Notes under the pieces: generated by a model | What the model saw: only the letters and a program-made list of their open reading frames with translations | The model's database searches: none | Told to the model about the DNA's origin: nothing | Translations under genes and position numbers: made by a program | Assembly (NCBI GenBank): GCA_001004905.1 | Contig: LCRY01000002.1 | Coordinates: 378,129 to 442,128 of the forward strand | Direction: 5' to 3' | Length of the DNA stretch: 64,000 nucleotides | From: Parcubacteria group bacterium GW2011_GWA1_56_13 | Lineage (GTDB): Bacteria > Patescibacteriota > Minisyncoccia > Phycocordibacterales > Phycocordibacteraceae | In this document: piece by piece, positions 38,469 through 46,691 of the stretch | Layout of the letters: every line of letters begins with the position of its first letter | Position numbering within the stretch: the first letter of the stretch is position 1

Positions 38469-39080
38469 CTAGACGTGCGTCAAATAGAGAATGGAGGGAG
38501 CGAAGTACATTGCGTCGGCCGAGAGCGCCCAGCCGATGGGCTGGATAACCTCGTCCGTTCCCGAGGGCTGGACCTGGGAGAGGGCTCCCGTGGCGGTTGA
38601 TACGTAAATGAGTCCGGAGTCCCCGGGTCCGATCGTCCAGTTCCAGGCATCGGCGCGGAGCACCCCGTGGAGGAGGATGCGCTTCGCGCCGGCCCCGGCG
38701 TCTACCGCAAGCGCGACGCACGGCGAGGTTGCGTTCGAAGTTGCGCTCGCCGTACTCAAGTTGCCATTGGAAGCCATGTAGAGCGGCGCGCCGATGCCTT
38801 GATCGTTCGTATCCACAGTCGCCGTAATGATGAGGCCGGAGGCGGAATTGTCGGCCGACGGCGGGTTCATGAGCTTGATGCCCGCAACGCTGTTGATGGG
38901 AAGCTCGCCCATGTCGAGGCGATACCGCGATATCTTGATGGTCTGCGTGCCCACCTTAAGGTCTCCGCATCCGAGGCAGGTAAACAGCGACGTGGGAACT
39001 GTTTTCTTTTTGTCGGACCCCAAAAGCGGTATCCAGTGATGCGTACCGCATTCCTCCTGTTCTTTTTTTCTTTTCTTCAT
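38469..39080 (-). CDS. hypothetical protein with N-terminal Cys4 zinc-ribbon-like motif and beta-rich C-terminal domain
   Basis: CGTHHW...CLGCG. No SD. Function unknown. Confidence 0.4.
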   Translation of the reverse strand: MKKRKKEQEECGTHHWIPLLGSDKKKTVPTSLFTCLGCGDLKVGTQTIKISRYRLDMGELPINSVAGIKLMNPPSADNSASGLIITATVDTNDQGIGAPLYMASNGNLSTASATSNATSPCVALAVDAGAGAKRILLHGVLRADAWNWTIGPGDSGLIYVSTATGALSQVQPSGTDEVIQPIGWALSADAMYFAPSILYLTHV

Positions 39081-39099
39081 TTGAACTGCGCTGTATGTT

Positions 39100-39315
39100 T
39101 CAGCTTAAATAATCTATCTGAAGCACCTCTTCCCCACCAGCATCATGGACAGAAAGAAATTGCTCGGTCTCGGAAACGTTGAACGTCGAAAGACGACGTC
39201 CCGGCGCCGCATCCTGCGGCGGTTTCGAAAGCAACGGGCCGAACATTTTCCCCATCACGAATGTCCCGCTGCCAATGAGCACTATTTTTAAGAACTGTCT
39301 TCTGCTGGTATCCAC
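39100..39315 (-). CDS. small (71 aa) protein with twin-arginine signal peptide
   Basis: SRRQFLKIVLIGSGTFVMG Tat motif. Mature part only ~40 aa. Confidence 0.4.
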   Translation of the reverse strand: MDTSRRQFLKIVLIGSGTFVMGKMFGPLLSKPPQDAAPGRRLSTFNVSETEQFLSVHDAGGEEVLQIDYLS

Positions 39316-39322
39316 ACGTTTT

Positions 39323-39517
39323 CTATTTTCGGCCGGATTTTTTCAGTTCTTTCTGTGCCTTTTGTATCTCCCGCTCCATTTCGGTCTTCCCCTTCTGGAA
39401 TTCTCCCGTGAATCGACCGAGGCCGCGTGCTATTTCCGATATCTTCTCTCCGCCGAAAAAAAACACAACGACGACCACGAGAATGATCGCTATCTCCGGG
39501 AATCCGAGTCCAAACAT
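39323..39517 (-). CDS. tatA: twin-arginine translocase subunit TatA/E
   Basis: MFGLGFPEIAIILVVVVVFFFGGEKISEIARGLG amphipathic TatA signature. The ORF track extends it with a TTG start. Confidence 0.65.
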   Translation of the reverse strand: MFGLGFPEIAIILVVVVVFFFGGEKISEIARGLGRFTGEFQKGKTEMEREIQKAQKELKKSGRK

Positions 39518-39528
39518 ACTAAGATAAG

Positions 39529-39630
39529 TTATTTGATATTGTCCTGCTTCTTCCTGTTTTTCCAAAAGAAAAACAGGGCCACGATGACGATTACAATGAC
39601 CGCAATTTCTGGGAATCCGAGTCCAAACAT
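39529..39630 (-). pseudogene. truncated tandem duplicate of the tatA 5' end (33-codon ORF MFGLGFPEIAVIVIVIVALFFFW...)
   Basis: ~45 bp near-identical to the tatA start (tccgagtccaaacat...), out of frame with tatA. Confidence 0.4.
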
Positions 39631-39730
39631 AAGAGGGAGCGTTTACTTTTTATTAATCCGACCATATCGAAAGTATAGCAGGTGTTGTAGTGCGCGCGCG
39701 GCCTACGGTGGATATCGTTTTTGATGCGCC

Positions 39731-40504
39731 TCAGCTTCTTGCGGCACGGCGAGCAAGGAAGGTGCCTGTGATGTATAAGAGCACGAGCGGTACGAACAAA
39801 AGGACCATGGTGATGCCTGTCTGATCCGGAGTTATGACTGCAGAAAAGACGAGCAAGGATACGAGCGCGTGACGCCGCTTTCTCCTCCAAAAGTCTGGTG
39901 CCACAACGCCGAGAAAACTCAGGAGCGCCATGAAGATGGGGAGCAGGAAGATGACGCCGGTCGCGAGCATGATGCCGACGATCCACGCCATAAACGCATC
40001 GAGCGAAAAGAGCGGCGTGACACCGAGCGCTGTCGTGAACGGATACATGAGCTCAAAGGTTAAGGGTATGAGATAGACATACGCGAAGACGCAGCCGGCG
40101 ATGAATAAGGCGGAGGAGAGGACGAGCGCCTGGGACACTCCTTTTCGTTCGTGCGCGAACAAGGCCGGCGAAAGGTACTGCATGAAGCGGTACAGAAAAT
40201 ACGGGGAAACCGTGATGAACGCGAGTACGAGCGCTATCTCAACCTGAGTGATGAAGCCGCTCAAGGGAGTCATCACGATGAGCGTGACCTCTGACGGCAC
40301 GAAATCGCTCTGCATCATCTTGAAAAAGTGTACCGCAAAGGAATCTCCGGTGAAAACAGGGATCGGGATATTTTTTCCGAACACTGTCACGGTGCTCGGG
40401 CCGACCAGAAAATAAAAAAGAGAGGAGGCGACGAACGCGAAAACCCAATAGACAATGCTTTGGGCGAACAATTTCAATTCCCCGAGGATGGTCACGGAAT
40501 GCAT
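39731..40504 (-). CDS. tatC: twin-arginine translocase subunit TatC
   Basis: 6-TM protein with conserved TatC blocks (PLSGFITQVEIALVLAF..., FLLPIFMALLSFLGVV). Confidence 0.8.
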   Translation of the reverse strand: MHSVTILGELKLFAQSIVYWVFAFVASSLFYFLVGPSTVTVFGKNIPIPVFTGDSFAVHFFKMMQSDFVPSEVTLIVMTPLSGFITQVEIALVLAFITVSPYFLYRFMQYLSPALFAHERKGVSQALVLSSALFIAGCVFAYVYLIPLTFELMYPFTTALGVTPLFSLDAFMAWIVGIMLATGVIFLLPIFMALLSFLGVVAPDFWRRKRRHALVSLLVFSAVITPDQTGITMVLLFVPLVLLYITGTFLARRAARS

Positions 40505-40506
40505 CG

Positions 40507-41496
40507 CTACTCCCCTTCGTCGAACTCAAAGATGGGATTGTCCGTCGTGTCGTACATGACCGTCGTTGACGCGTCGATTTGCTTGAACGTGAATGAATTG
40601 CCGAAGATGACGCCATTCTCGACGACGACATTGCCTTTTGTCCCCGGCTCCGTGACCCCGCAGCCGCCGCCAGAACAGACCCAGAGATTCTCGTTGTTCT
40701 GCCGTATATTCCCGCCCGTTGAAGATATTTCGAGGTCGCCGGTACCGGGGACGGCATACAGTTCACCGTATACATCACTTGCCTGGCTCACTCTGAATTG
40801 AGCATAGCTGTTTGCATCAAACACATTGAATTTTCTAGTCGCCGTTGAAGTTCCGATACCGGTATTGCCGGAATTGTCGATAACGAACAGATTCGTGCCG
40901 GCCGAGTTTTGGACCTGGAAGAGATTTGCCACCTGGCTCGCAATACCTCGAAGTGAAAGTGGCGTTGCCGCCGTCGATGTTGCCTCGATGGAAACCATGG
41001 AGCCCGAAATCGGCGTCGTCGTCCCGAAAGAGGATTGGCCAGTGCCGCTCACGGCTCCTGACAAGAGTGAAAAAAGAGAGGATGTTATCTGTTGGCGGGG
41101 TGAGAGCGTTTCCCAACTGGCATTATCGGAAGAAACCTCTACCTGCAAATAGAGAGAATTGCCGTTTGAGAAGTCGAGGGAGAGGGCGTCGGGATATCCG
41201 TTATCCGTGTCGCCGATATTGACGGTAAATACTCCCTGGCGCACCGTCGCGGAGACCGCGGTCGGCGCGGCGGCCGGCCACGTACGTGAACCAGTGGCTA
41301 TGTTCGATGTGGTCCAAACGGAAAATTTGAAATAGTACGTCGTTCCGGTTGATGAGCCGAGTAGGTCGCCGCTTGCATTTGTCAGTCGGCCCTGATAGCT
41401 GATGATTTGCGGAAGGGTTTGCGCGGCATGAGACGCAGAAAGTGGGAGTGCAACGAAGACCCCACCACAAAAAAGAACCATCAAGAGTTTTTTCAT
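40507..41496 (-). CDS. secreted Ser/Thr/Gly-rich protein (fiber-like), function unknown
   Basis: ATG 41496 gives a classical signal peptide MKKLLMVLFCGGVFVALPLSASHA. The ORF track start 41967 adds an unlikely 157-aa basic extension. Confidence 0.5.
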   Translation of the reverse strand: MKKLLMVLFCGGVFVALPLSASHAAQTLPQIISYQGRLTNASGDLLGSSTGTTYYFKFSVWTTSNIATGSRTWPAAAPTAVSATVRQGVFTVNIGDTDNGYPDALSLDFSNGNSLYLQVEVSSDNASWETLSPRQQITSSLFSLLSGAVSGTGQSSFGTTTPISGSMVSIEATSTAATPLSLRGIASQVANLFQVQNSAGTNLFVIDNSGNTGIGTSTATRKFNVFDANSYAQFRVSQASDVYGELYAVPGTGDLEISSTGGNIRQNNENLWVCSGGGCGVTEPGTKGNVVVENGVIFGNSFTFKQIDASTTVMYDTTDNPIFEFDEGE

Positions 41497-41542
41497 CGTA
41501 GTGCTGCCGCGCAAGCGGCCTATGTACAGTGTAGCGCACTTT

Positions 41543-42436
41543 CTAGCTGAGAAGCGCCCTGATGCGGTCTTGTATCGGCGGATGTGTGGAAAACAATCGC
41601 TCGATCCAGCCGCCAGCGCCCGCGCCCTTAGCACCGAAAGGGCTGCTGATGAAAAGATGTGCGGTCGCCGTATTGGCGCTTCGCATCTTTGCGGGATAAC
41701 TGCCGATCTTTTCGAGCGCGGAAGCGAGTCCTTCTGGATAGCGCGTGAGGAGCGCGCCCGAGGCATCTGCGAGATATTCGCGGCGGCGCGAGACGGCGAG
41801 CTGGATGAGCTTCGCGGCGAGGGGGGCAAGTATGATGCCGATGACGGCGAGGACAACGAGAAGGGCGTTTCCTTGTTTATTGCCGCCGCTGCGGCCGTGC
41901 CCCCAGAAGGACATGCGCAAGAAAATGTCCGCGATGATGGCGACAAAGCCCGCGAGAACCACCGCAACCGTCATGAGAAGCATGTCCCGGTTCTTGATAT
42001 GCGAGAGTTCGTGACCAATGACGCCCTCCAATTCGCTCCGCGAGAGCGCCGCGAGCAGGCCGGTCGTCGCGCAAACGACCGCATGCCTCTCGTCGCGACC
42101 GGTAGCGAACGCGTTCGGCGCCGGGTCGTCTATCACGTAGAGTTTCGGCATCGGCAATCCGGCGGCAATGGAGAGATTCTCGGTAACGGTATAAAGGTCG
42201 AAGAATTCCTCGCGCGACGCCGATCGTGCGTGGTTGAGCGAAAGCACCAGCGTATCGGAGGCCCAGTACGCGTAAAAGTTCGTCGCGACGGCGATGATGA
42301 CCGCGATGTAGAGAATGGCGGGGTTGCCGTAATACCAGGAGATAGCATACCCCACCGCGATGACGACGATGAGGAAACCGAGCACGAGCGCCCATGTCCG
42401 GCGGACATTACTCGCGCGCTGTTCATATAAATTCAT
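41543..42436 (-). CDS. htpX: zinc metalloprotease HtpX (M48)
   Basis: HELSHIKNRD HExxH motif, 4 TM segments. Confidence 0.85.
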   Translation of the reverse strand: MNLYEQRASNVRRTWALVLGFLIVVIAVGYAISWYYGNPAILYIAVIIAVATNFYAYWASDTLVLSLNHARSASREEFFDLYTVTENLSIAAGLPMPKLYVIDDPAPNAFATGRDERHAVVCATTGLLAALSRSELEGVIGHELSHIKNRDMLLMTVAVVLAGFVAIIADIFLRMSFWGHGRSGGNKQGNALLVVLAVIGIILAPLAAKLIQLAVSRRREYLADASGALLTRYPEGLASALEKIGSYPAKMRSANTATAHLFISSPFGAKGAGAGGWIERLFSTHPPIQDRIRALLS

Positions 42437-42474
42437 ATATCGATACGACGTGCCTTGGCCCGATCTCTCGGAAA

Positions 42475-43047
42475 CTAGAATCGCACTTTCACTGGTTCGG
42501 CGGCCGCGGCATCGGTGGAAGAAAGTTCGAAGAGGTCCATCGGCTTGAATCCGAACGCGTTCGCGATCAGGTTCCCGGGGAACGATTGCTCCGCAGTGTT
42601 GAGCGCCATGACGGTCGTGTTGTAGAAGCGGCGGGACGCCTGGATCTTGTCTTCGGTGTCGCCGAGTTCCCTCTGCAATTGGAGGAAGTTCTGATTCGCT
42701 TTCAGGTCGGGATACGCCTCGGAAACGGCGAAAAGTGATTTGAGCGCTCCGGTGAGCATGTTTTCCGCCTGTGCTTTGCCTGCAGCACCCGAGGCGCCCA
42801 TCGCGGCGGCGCGCGCCCGGGTAACATTCTCAAATGCGCTTGATTCGTGCGCGGCGTATCCCTTTACCGTCTCCACGAGGTTCGGAATAAGGTCGTAGCG
42901 GCGCTTGAGCTGTACTTGGATGTCGGCCCACGCTTCCTTCGCGTGGTTCACGAGCGTTATAAGCCGGTTATATGCTGTAATAATCCAGAGCAAAACGAGT
43001 CCTACGAGTATGAGGATACCAGTGGTTGTAGACATATGGGACAGCAT
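42475..43047 (-). CDS. lemA: LemA-family protein
   Basis: N-terminal TM plus conserved LemA core. Classic lemA-htpX pair. Confidence 0.8.
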   Translation of the reverse strand: MLSHMSTTTGILILVGLVLLWIITAYNRLITLVNHAKEAWADIQVQLKRRYDLIPNLVETVKGYAAHESSAFENVTRARAAAMGASGAAGKAQAENMLTGALKSLFAVSEAYPDLKANQNFLQLQRELGDTEDKIQASRRFYNTTVMALNTAEQSFPGNLIANAFGFKPMDLFELSSTDAAAAEPVKVRF

Positions 43048-43107
43048 ATCACATGTGGTACAGTACAGGCCTCTTTACCAGGTTTTTATCATAACTTAAC
43101 CACGTAT

Positions 43108-43557
43108 ATGGAAGGAAGGACTCTTGCCATTATCGTTATCGTTCTCATCATCATCGCGGGCGGCTGGTACCTCCTGAAAGGGGCGCCGGAGGGCACGCCG
43201 GCGGCGAATACCCAAACGCCGGCGGCAACCAGCACCGTTCCCTCGGGCACGACCATCCTTTATTCTGCCCAAGGGTTCTCGCCAAAAAACGTTACGGTTC
43301 CTGTCGGCGCGACCGTGACGTTCATAAACCAAGGCGATGCTGGGATGTGGGTCGCATCCGCTCCCCATCCGACGCACCAAGGATACAGCGGCACGACGAG
43401 AGGCGAGCACTGCGCGGCCGGATACAGCGGTTCGGCTCCGTTCGACCAATGCTCCGCAAGCGACAGCTTCACGTTCACATTCACCAAAGCCGGTACGTGG
43501 ACCTACCATAACCACGTCTCGGCGGGAGACACGGGCGCCATTGTCGTGACTCCGTAA
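43108..43557 (+). CDS. membrane-anchored cupredoxin-like protein
   Basis: ATG 43108 (MEGRTLAIIVIVLIIIAGG TM). C-terminal HNH...GDTGAIVV plastocyanin-like copper site (H, C, H). Confidence 0.5.
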   Translation: MEGRTLAIIVIVLIIIAGGWYLLKGAPEGTPAANTQTPAATSTVPSGTTILYSAQGFSPKNVTVPVGATVTFINQGDAGMWVASAPHPTHQGYSGTTRGEHCAAGYSGSAPFDQCSASDSFTFTFTKAGTWTYHNHVSAGDTGAIVVTP

Positions 43558-43695
43558 GCAAAGGGAATACCGGCGCATCGTATGCGGCGCGGCCAAAAGG
43601 CCGCGCCGCGCGTCGTTTTGCGATCGTGTGCCTGTCCTGAAAACGCGCAGTATACTAGCAAGGTGAATATAGAAGATACCGTTGACGCGCACTTC

Positions 43696-45861
43696 ATGCG
43701 GCTCCGTCCCGACCAGAAGCGGGCGCTCGCCAAACTCGGGATACGGACTATTCGTGACCTGCTGTACCACTTCCCATCGCGGTATGAACGCTCGGGGCCT
43801 TCGACCACTATTTCCGGGGTCACGGCGGGAGCCGAGGTCACGCTTTACGGCACGGTGCGCAAGCCCGCCGTCCGCAAGACCTGGAAAAGCCGCCGGCCTA
43901 TCGCCGAAGCATGGCTCGAGGACGCGTCAGGGAAACTCAAGATGATGTGGTTCTCCCAGCCCTATATCGCCAAAACGCTCCACGACGGTATGGCGGTGAA
44001 AGTGAGCGGGCGGGTGGCCGGCGCGGGTGCGAAAACGTATCTCGCCAATCCGTCCATCGAACGATCCCCCGTCGCGCCCGAAGCGGCGCACGACACTCTT
44101 TTCTACCAAGGTGGAACCTTGTACGGCTCAGTACAAGGTTCCACCTTGAATGCCGCGCTGTATCCGGTCTATCCGGAAAGCCGAGGAATTTCCTCGCTCT
44201 GGTTCTTGCACGCCTTAAGGAAAGTATTCGAGGAGCGCGCGCACGAGAACATCGCGGACCCTATCCCAAAAGAGCTCCTCGCGCGCTATAGCCTCCCGTC
44301 GCTTCCCGCAGCGCTTGTGTTCATGCATGCGCCGCGTCGGTTCTCCGACGCGACGGCGGCGCGCAAGCGTTTCGCGTTCGAGGAAGTATTCGCCCTCCAG
44401 ATAGTGATGCAGAAACGACGACGCGCGCACATATCGGAGAAGGCGCTGCCGGTTCTGGTCGACGACGGCGCGATGCGCCGTCTTGGGGATTTCGTCGCTT
44501 CATTTCCCTTCCCCGCCACCGCCGCACAGATGCGCGCGATAGACGCCATCGCGAACGATTTTGAAAAACCGCATCCGATGCTCCGCTTGCTTGAGGGCGA
44601 TGTGGGGAGCGGTAAGACCGCGGTCGCTGCAGCGACCGCGTACCTCGTCGCGACTTCGACTCCGGCGGGAAGGATCGCCGGTACGCTCCAGGTCGCGTAT
44701 CTCTGCCCGACCGAGATACTCGCGAAACAGCATTTTTCCACGTTCGTTTCGTACTTCCGCGACCATCCGGTACCCATCGGGCTCATCACCGGCAGCGAAT
44801 GCCGGAAATTCCCCTCGCGCGTGCGGTACGAGGAATCCGCGAAACTGTCCCGGGCGGCATTCAAGAAAATGGCGGCGAACGGCGAGCTACCCATCATCAT
44901 CGGTACGCACGCACTCATCGAGAAATCGCTCTCGCTCAAATATTTCGCGTACGCCATCATTGACGAACAGCATCGTTTCGGCACCATACACCGACAGAAG
45001 CTTGCGACCAAAGGCACCGTCGCGCCACACCTGCTCTCCATGACGGCGACGCCCATCCCGCGCACGCTCGCGCTCACGCTCTACAGCGACCTCGATCTCA
45101 CGCTTCTGGATGAAATGCCCGCCGGAAGAAAAGCGGTAGTGACCGAAGTGCTCGCTCCCGAAAAGCGGGAACGAGCGTACGAGCGGGTACGGTCTGAACT
45201 CGCCATCGGGCACCAGGCATACGTCATCTGCCCGCGCATTGATGAACCGGACCCGGCGAAGGAACTCGCGCTTCAGGCAAAATCGGTCAAAGCCGAAGCG
45301 GCGCGCTTGCAGAAAGACGTCTTCCCCGACGCAATTATCGGCATCCTGCACAGCAAGATGACACCCGGCGACAAGGAGGAAACGATGAAAAAATTCGAAA
45401 AGGGATACATCGATATCCTCGTCGCCACGTCGGTGGTCGAGGTGGGCGTCAATGTCGCGAATGCCACCGTCATCCTCATCGAAGGCGCCGAACGCTTCGG
45501 TCTCGCTCAACTCCATCAACTCCGAGGACGCGTTATCCGCTCAACGCATCAGCCGTACTGCTTCGCCCTCCCCGAGATGTTCGGCGACGTGACGCGGGAA
45601 CGCATGAAGGCGTTCGCAAAAACGAACAATGGCTTCGAGCTCGCCGAATACGACCTTGCGCTCCGGGGCGCAGGCGAGCTTGGCGGCGGCAGACAGTGGG
45701 GGGTTTCCGACGTCGCGATGGAAGCGCTCAAAAACATCAAGCTCGTGGAAGCGGCGCGCGCCGAGGCGGCGCGCCTCGTCGAGATAGACCCCGGGTTGAA
45801 AAATCATTCCGCGCTCGCCCTGCGCGCGGCGCACGCCGACCGTGAGATGCATTTGGAGTAG
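43696..45861 (+). CDS. recG: ATP-dependent DNA helicase RecG
   Basis: Wedge/OB domain, helicase motifs GDVGSGKT, DEQHRFG, ATPIPRTL, HQLRGRV. The start may lie upstream (ORF track 43582). Confidence 0.85.
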   Translation: MRLRPDQKRALAKLGIRTIRDLLYHFPSRYERSGPSTTISGVTAGAEVTLYGTVRKPAVRKTWKSRRPIAEAWLEDASGKLKMMWFSQPYIAKTLHDGMAVKVSGRVAGAGAKTYLANPSIERSPVAPEAAHDTLFYQGGTLYGSVQGSTLNAALYPVYPESRGISSLWFLHALRKVFEERAHENIADPIPKELLARYSLPSLPAALVFMHAPRRFSDATAARKRFAFEEVFALQIVMQKRRRAHISEKALPVLVDDGAMRRLGDFVASFPFPATAAQMRAIDAIANDFEKPHPMLRLLEGDVGSGKTAVAAATAYLVATSTPAGRIAGTLQVAYLCPTEILAKQHFSTFVSYFRDHPVPIGLITGSECRKFPSRVRYEESAKLSRAAFKKMAANGELPIIIGTHALIEKSLSLKYFAYAIIDEQHRFGTIHRQKLATKGTVAPHLLSMTATPIPRTLALTLYSDLDLTLLDEMPAGRKAVVTEVLAPEKRERAYERVRSELAIGHQAYVICPRIDEPDPAKELALQAKSVKAEAARLQKDVFPDAIIGILHSKMTPGDKEETMKKFEKGYIDILVATSVVEVGVNVANATVILIEGAERFGLAQLHQLRGRVIRSTHQPYCFALPEMFGDVTRERMKAFAKTNNGFELAEYDLALRGAGELGGGRQWGVSDVAMEALKNIKLVEAARAEAARLVEIDPGLKNHSALALRAAHADREMHLE

Positions 45862-45979
45862 TGTCGCCCTAGCAACGTAAAAAATGGTGTGTTATTATGC
45901 CGTCAGTCGCTCGCCAAGGTCGAGATGACTGAGGACGGAGCGGCAATTCTTTTTCTTTCACACGATCTGGAGGTGTACG

Positions 45980-46384
45980 ATGAACGCTAAGTTCGCATCC
46001 AGTATCATCCTTTCCATCGTTTGCGCCATCAGCTTGTCCTTTTCGAATCCTGTTCTCGCCGGCGACAAGCTGACTAGCCAGAAAGTCCACAATGCCGTAT
46101 GGCAGTTCCTCGAAGGCAGCGCGGGCGGCTTGCAGGTCATAGGCGTCCTGGAGGTACCGCAACAAAACGTTGCGAAGGCAGATTTGGTCATCCAGAACTG
46201 GCTCCTTGCCACCCCGAAAAATGACCCGGTCACTGCATATGCCCTTGGGCCTGGTGGACAGACATTCAAGTGGTCGGGGCGAGCCGTCGCAGTATTCGTG
46301 CACTACAACGATGGGCGATGGGTACTGAATCGGGTCGCCTTCGAACGAGGAACGTTCGATAACCTGAACATCGTTGCCAGGTGA
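45980..46384 (+). CDS. small secreted protein (134 aa) on a ~650-bp segment bracketed by 28-bp direct repeats
   Basis: GGAGGTG SD, signal peptide MNAKFASSIILSIVCAISLSFSNPVLAG. Confidence 0.55.
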   Translation: MNAKFASSIILSIVCAISLSFSNPVLAGDKLTSQKVHNAVWQFLEGSAGGLQVIGVLEVPQQNVAKADLVIQNWLLATPKNDPVTAYALGPGGQTFKWSGRAVAVFVHYNDGRWVLNRVAFERGTFDNLNIVAR

Positions 46385-46479
46385 TAGCGATAGCGGACCC
46401 TCCACAACCTCACCGAGCGTGGGGTTGTTTATTTACCCCGGCTCCACGGGATTCGAACCGCTGCGCTTCGCGCCTCCCG

Positions 46480-46507
46480 CGCCGACCGTGAGATGCATTT
46501 GGAGTAG
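46480..46507 (+). repeat. 28-bp exact direct repeat of the recG 3' end (45834..45861)
   Basis: cgccgaccgtgagatgcatttggagtag occurs at both positions. A degenerate tRNA-like T-arm fragment (gggattcgaacc) lies just upstream at ~46449. Confidence 0.8.
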
Positions 46508-46612
46508 TCGTGCGCTACAGTATCAGAACGCCCATCCGTATGATTACATACTGTGTGGTCGTTCGGAGAATATGAGAACGAACGAGGAAATTCATCTCAT
46601 GTTTCCTCACTC

Positions 46613-46689
46613 CCACCCGTAGCTCAGCTGGTTAGAGCATCGAGCTTATACCTCGAGGGTCCTTGGTTCGAATCCAAGCGGGTGGACCA
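46613..46689 (+). tRNA. tRNA-Ile(TAT), CCA encoded
   Basis: ccacccg tagctcagctggttagagc a tcgag-ctTATac-ctcga gggtc cttggttcgaatccaag cgggtgg acca. Ile-type body with a UAU anticodon. Confidence 0.75.
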
Positions 46690-46691
46690 GT

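Noticed and set aside
39100-39315. Considered merging the 71-aa Tat-signal ORF with the downstream 203-aa ORF as one frameshifted gene
   Set aside because: The ORFs are in different frames, separated by a stop and 17 nt. A single-base indel is possible, but I cannot verify it from sequence alone, so they are reported separately.
46440-46470. Possible additional tRNA suggested by the gggattcgaacc T-loop-like 12-mer
   Set aside because: Flanking sequence does not form a T-stem or acceptor stem. Treated as a degenerate tRNA fragment within the putative integration scar.
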